A stretch of 64,000 bases of DNA from Candidatus Hermodarchaeota archaeon (GTDB lineage Archaea; Asgardarchaeota; Lokiarchaeia; Sigyniarchaeales; SOKP01): assembly GCA_048885525.1 (NCBI GenBank), contig JBHLLP010000001.1, positions 32,001 to 96,000 on the forward strand, in the 5' to 3' direction. Both the position numbers and the translations under genes were made by a program. The notes beneath the pieces were generated by a model. It saw only the letters and a program-made list of their open reading frames with translations. It did not search any database and was not told the DNA's origin. Shown here one piece after another: positions 60,048 to 64,000 of the stretch; the first letter of the stretch is position 1, and each line of letters begins with the position of its first letter.

Positions 60048-61475
60048 CTAGTTTTTAATTTTTGATAATCTTGTGAATAATTCCTCTTCCTTAGTAAGAA
60101 TATTAATCACAGTATTATGCAGTTCACCAAAATCCACATGATTAATACAATCATCTTTATATTCATCACCCGCATTCTTTAATGTTTCTGCGATCAGAGT
60201 CCAATTTTGAGCAGAATCACTAATTATGGGGATGCATTCTTCAATAATACCGAATTCATAAGAATTCCATGCCCTAGGACCTTCTTTAAGCTCAGGATGG
60301 CTTAGTAATTCTTCTAAAAACTCTTTATAGAGCTTTCTGAAAGAACCCCCTCCAGTACCCCAAGTTTCAATGTATCCATGCATAAGCTCAAACATCATGC
60401 GTCCTAAGGATATTTCATTTCCTTTTGAATTTGTAATAGTTTTATTTAATTTATCTCCCCATGTGAGTATAGAATTTGCAAACTGCTTCAAACCTTGAAT
60501 ACCATTAGAATTCATTGAGGGTCGTAGCATGTTATTCACAACTTTTTGAATCGCTAACTTAACGCCTGCTGCTAAAGGTGGATGTTTACCATCAGCACGA
60601 CGTGTCATTGAGAATTGAGTATTCCCTGGATGCATAAACTTCGGTCCATAAGTCGAACTCCTCGCTGTCTTAAGGATATCAATTGGAACTTCTTGAAAAC
60701 CCTCAAATTCAGTGTCACCTATGTATGCAATTCCTATCTCCTCGTTATAACCCCCTAATACTACTGCATGCCCTCCAAAATGAGCCTCTTCCATCTCGTC
60801 ATCAAAACCTTCATAAGGCATATAAGCGATATCTACTCTTAAAATAAGTGGAGTATTTTGTTTTAACATCCTCTTAGATTCCTCCCAAGCTTTATCTGTA
60901 TTCGTGAATGATTGCTTTCTTAGTGTAATACCTAACAATCGACATGCAAGACTATTTGGTTCAATTGTACCTTGTTTTCCTCCTAAGAAGAATGGGATAT
61001 CTGATTTGGGCATAAAGGAAACTTGTCCAGTAGTGTCAAAAAATCCAAATCCCAACGTTGCATCTAAGCCAAAAGCCATAGGTTCGGACATCGGAAATCC
61101 ATAAAACTCGAATAAATCCCTCAATGACGAGGATTCGCAATGAAAACCAATTCGATGTATTAAATTATTTATAATAATACCTTTATCTTGATTTATTCCT
61201 CTTTCCCTATCATGGGTGTTCCCATATATAATGCTTTCAGCATTATTATACCATTCATCTCTTTTCTCCTTTAGAAATTTCCTTTTTAATGGATTTGAAC
61301 CATAAATCTTATGACAATTAGTGCATAAGGGAGTTGCATTATTTTGATCATCTGGACCTCCTTCATTTTGAGGTATTATATGATGAATTTGGATAGTTTC
61401 TAATCTATGGCAAATAGAGCATCTATGAAAGGCTTTATTTCGAACTTCATTTTTTATTTTTTCACTAAATGGCAT
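60048..61475 (-). CDS. HNH endonuclease domain fused to a BtrH_N/DUF4872 hydrolase
   Basis: CSIC...IHHIIP..EGG.D...NATPLCTNCH, then HCESSS, SEPMAFGL, HFGGH, YIGD, GTGGGSFR.LY. Confidence 0.85.
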   Translation of the reverse strand: MPFSEKIKNEVRNKAFHRCSICHRLETIQIHHIIPQNEGGPDDQNNATPLCTNCHKIYGSNPLKRKFLKEKRDEWYNNAESIIYGNTHDRERGINQDKGIIINNLIHRIGFHCESSSLRDLFEFYGFPMSEPMAFGLDATLGFGFFDTTGQVSFMPKSDIPFFLGGKQGTIEPNSLACRLLGITLRKQSFTNTDKAWEESKRMLKQNTPLILRVDIAYMPYEGFDDEMEEAHFGGHAVVLGGYNEEIGIAYIGDTEFEGFQEVPIDILKTARSSTYGPKFMHPGNTQFSMTRRADGKHPPLAAGVKLAIQKVVNNMLRPSMNSNGIQGLKQFANSILTWGDKLNKTITNSKGNEISLGRMMFELMHGYIETWGTGGGSFRKLYKEFLEELLSHPELKEGPRAWNSYEFGIIEECIPIISDSAQNWTLIAETLKNAGDEYKDDCINHVDFGELHNTVINILTKEEELFTRLSKIKN

Positions 61476-61537
61476 ATTATCCTCATTTTTTTATTGTAAC
61501 TTTATTATTTAGATAATTGCTGTAAAATCTCAGCAAA

Positions 61538-62122
61538 TTATTTTTCTTTATAATCGTTGGGACCTATTTGTCTCCCGAATTTTTTAAGTTCTTCTAAAAC
61601 CCATTCTATAAATTTGATATCAGTTTCTAAGATCATTATTGGATGTTTAAACAAACCTGTTACATTAATTGGTAATTGGCTATTAACTTCTAGCATTTCC
61701 TCTAATTCTTTTTTATGTTTTTTGATTTTATTAAGTGAATAGTTGAAAACCTTCATCTGTTCCTCAAATGTTAAAACTGGAAACATAGAAAATGCCACAT
61801 AAAAATCTTCATCATTTTTACCATAAAAATCACGTAAAACTTGCTCGATTTTGTTTTTCAATACCTCTGAGCCATAAGGGGTGATATTATATACCTTAAT
61901 CATCCGGTTATCAAGTTCTTCAATCCAAGACTGAACTAACCCATCTTTTTCAAGTTTTTTAAGAACTCCATATATAGAAGATGTCCCGATGCTTGTCCAG
62001 CCTCGCATCCCTCTATTTTCAATCTTTTCATCAATAATTTTTCCATGACATGGTTCCTCCGAGATCAAACCTAAAACAACAAAAGCTACATGACTTAAGT
62101 CATAGTTATTGTTTTCTGACAT
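61538..62122 (-). CDS. PadR family transcriptional regulator
   Basis: VLGLISEEPCHG, SSIYGVLKKLEKDGLV, KVYNITPYG. Confidence 0.88.
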   Translation of the reverse strand: MSENNNYDLSHVAFVVLGLISEEPCHGKIIDEKIENRGMRGWTSIGTSSIYGVLKKLEKDGLVQSWIEELDNRMIKVYNITPYGSEVLKNKIEQVLRDFYGKNDEDFYVAFSMFPVLTFEEQMKVFNYSLNKIKKHKKELEEMLEVNSQLPINVTGLFKHPIMILETDIKFIEWVLEELKKFGRQIGPNDYKEK

Positions 62123-62161
62123 TCTATACGATATAATTTTTTTAATTATGTATTCAGATCG

Positions 62162-62175
62162 TTCTTATATAAGAA
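62162..62175. promoter_or_regulatory. Perfect 14-bp palindrome containing a TATA-like core; candidate PadR operator/promoter
   Basis: TTCTTATATAAGAA, 40 bp upstream of the padR start. Confidence 0.45.
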
Positions 62176-62299
62176 TGATATGATAATAGAATATTTAAAT
62201 CTTATGCAAAAAAATGAAAAATGACAATAAAAAAAAATATTGAAACTAAATCTAAATTTTAATTTACAAATTCATTTCTATTATTAATCTAATAGAAAT

Positions 62300-63070
62300 T
62301 TGTTTTATCCTATGAAACAGGAATACCAAACCTTTTTAAATAAAGTACCTGCATTACGATCTTTAGGAAAAATTGTTCTTACTATCATATATATAATTAG
62401 TTTAATATTAATATCGATTCTATATTTCTTTTATTTAGATCCTATAATATGGTTCATGCCGATTGCAACCCAATCGCTTATGGCTGTGATTGTTGTCATC
62501 ATAGCATACATACATTTACAAAATGCAGAACACTATCGAAAAAAATATGGGGATCTAGCTTACCAAGCCTTTTTTTACCACTATATTATCCCATTATTAG
62601 TAAGTTGGTATGCTCTCTTTTTTCATCCTCTTTTTATTAGTGGAATCCGTTTGTTTCCTTTCCTAATATCAATTATTATGGCAATTATTTTCTTTATTTT
62701 TTTCATTCTAGTTACCATTCATATTGAACGAGCAGGATTTAAAATGATAACTCATGGAATGGATTTATATACTGTTTTTCCTGAAGAAACCTCTATCGTC
62801 CGAGGAGAGATCTATGGTTTTATCCGTCATCCTCTATATCTTTCCCTTACCTGTGGATGTTTTGCTTTAGCATTTATTGCTAATAATCTCATTGCTTTCT
62901 TAGCTGCAATCATTCAATTGATACCTTGTATTTTAGTGGCAAAAATGGAAGATAAGGAACTTATAAAAAGAGTTGGAGATGCTCATAGGGATTATATTAA
63001 TTCTACACAAATAATTTTCCCATTTAAAAGAATTCTCGGCTTTCTTAAGCTTTTATTTTTCTTTAAATAA
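62300..63070 (+). CDS. Isoprenylcysteine carboxyl methyltransferase/PEMT family membrane protein
   Basis: IYGFIRHPLY, EDKEL...G..HRDY; multiple TMs. Confidence 0.8.
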   Translation: MFYPMKQEYQTFLNKVPALRSLGKIVLTIIYIISLILISILYFFYLDPIIWFMPIATQSLMAVIVVIIAYIHLQNAEHYRKKYGDLAYQAFFYHYIIPLLVSWYALFFHPLFISGIRLFPFLISIIMAIIFFIFFILVTIHIERAGFKMITHGMDLYTVFPEETSIVRGEIYGFIRHPLYLSLTCGCFALAFIANNLIAFLAAIIQLIPCILVAKMEDKELIKRVGDAHRDYINSTQIIFPFKRILGFLKLLFFFK

Positions 63071-63134
63071 AATTTGGAGGTTAATTAGTACTATAATAAA
63101 TTTTATAAAAGGAATACTTTAAGGTGATTAAAAT

Positions 63135-63467
63135 ATGGATATGAAAGAAATTTTGGAAAAATGTCAATTAACTGAAGAAGAAATGAAGGAGTTTTTACAC
63201 TTAACCAAAAATCTAGACCATAAGGAAGATCATAGTCGCGCTTATAGAACTATGATGAATCAAACGAGGAGAGAACTATTGAAATTTATTGGAATCAATA
63301 TAAAAACATTTGATCAAATAAAAAAAAATTTTCAAGAAGAGGAAGATTTATTAAAATATCATTTAACAATGTTAGAACAACTATTTTACATCATGAATAC
63401 AGAAAGCGGTTGGAAAGCAACCCCAAGAGGTATTGGTTTTTTGAAAAATGCGATAATGGGAGATTGA
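63135..63467 (+). CDS. ArsR-like winged-helix protein
   Basis: NQTRRELLKFI, LKYHLTMLE, WKATPRG; GGTGA RBS. Confidence 0.75.
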   Translation: MDMKEILEKCQLTEEEMKEFLHLTKNLDHKEDHSRAYRTMMNQTRRELLKFIGINIKTFDQIKKNFQEEEDLLKYHLTMLEQLFYIMNTESGWKATPRGIGFLKNAIMGD

Positions 63468-63605
63468 GGTTTTGGTAAAGCTTACCTTTTTAATTTAAAT
63501 TTCTAGCACATTTATTCTTGATGCGATAAATAATCAGAATTAAAAATTTAAATCGATAAAATTGATTACTCTTCACTTCTGAAAATCTCAAAAAAATAAT
63601 TATAA

Positions 63606-63998
63606 TTAATCTGAAATTTTTATTTTTGGTCTTATTATGATATGTTCACATTTAGGACAGATTTTATAATAACGGTACTCTTGCATAGTGCTAAAAAAGT
63701 TTGATCCAAGGATACCTGCTGGTAAAATAAAAAGTGAAACTCCAAGAAAGGCTAAAGCTATTGTACAAAAACGACCACCTGTAGTAATAGCATAAACATC
63801 ACCAAATCCGGTAGTTGTAAATGTAATAATTCCCATCCATAATGTTGTAGGAATATCTGCAAATTTAGTTGGTTGAGCATTTCTCTCCATATAATATATT
63901 AAAGTAGAAGCGAACATAAGAAATATCCAGCATAACATCACCGTAACTAAAAACTCTCTTTTTGTCTCTTTAAAAATTAACCGGGCCACTCTAAACAC
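63606..63998 (-). CDS. Potassium channel/ion transporter, C-terminal part (truncated by window edge)
   Basis: Pore helix and filter TFTTTGFGDVY; LPAGILGS; C-terminal CPKC. Confidence 0.85.
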   Translation of the reverse strand: MFRVARLIFKETKREFLVTVMLCWIFLMFASTLIYYMERNAQPTKFADIPTTLWMGIITFTTTGFGDVYAITTGGRFCTIALAFLGVSLFILPAGILGSNFFSTMQEYRYYKICPKCEHIIIRPKIKISD

Positions 63999-64000
63999 AT

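Noticed and set aside
48493-62122. Integrated mobile element or provirus
   Set aside because: No integrase, transposase, terminal repeats or duplicated tRNA 3' end seen; horizontal origin is possible but boundaries cannot be shown.
180-62640. Short ORF-track entries overlapping longer genes (e.g. 2329-2652, 17443-17727, 32144-32503, 54912-55211, 55965-56372)
   Set aside because: Antisense or alternate-frame shadows of well-supported CDSs with no motifs of their own.
280-63467. Sec read-through at other TGA-terminated genes (alkD-like, radical SAM, maf, arsR, methyltransferase, 63135 wHTH)
   Set aside because: These proteins look complete at the TGA, the frames I followed close soon after or run into the next gene, and I noticed no SECIS-like hairpin; this was not an exhaustive scan.

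Overview
AT-rich, gene-dense archaeal chromosomal segment, most likely Asgard/Lokiarchaeia (inference from BHB-intron tRNAs, a eukaryote-type SECIS, a Loki-CTERM-like sorting tail, a roadblock protein, a small GTPase, SCP2 paralogues and an Smc5/6-like SMC). Top finding: the 118-aa ORF at 47290, next to an arsenic-resistance cluster (arsR / acr3 / unannotated Cys-His peptide / ArsD-like CxC protein), appears truncated by the ORF caller. Two tandem in-frame TGA codons (47644-47649) are followed by 39 more sense codons, a TAA and, 6 nt later, an AUGA..AA..GA SECIS hairpin. This predicts a 159-aa selenoprotein with a vicinal Sec-Sec pair. Other highlights: (i) three tRNA genes (Phe, Arg, Asp) with five introns, all at non-canonical positions; two are homologous 30-nt T-loop introns and one contains a K-turn-like motif; (ii) a PadR-led minus-strand operon with a short UvrA, a double-length UvrA, two BtrH-like Cys hydrolases (one HNH-fused), a methyltransferase, a QW-motif barrel protein and a VOC protein, a candidate genotoxin/antibiotic defence system; (iii) a degenerate AAA + Smc5/6-like + kleisin + KITE operon; (iv) a Thermotoga-type myo-inositol pathway (iolG/M/N/O) with uxuAB nearby. 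No CRISPR array, rRNA or transposase was seen. All functional calls come from motif recognition by eye; no searches were run.
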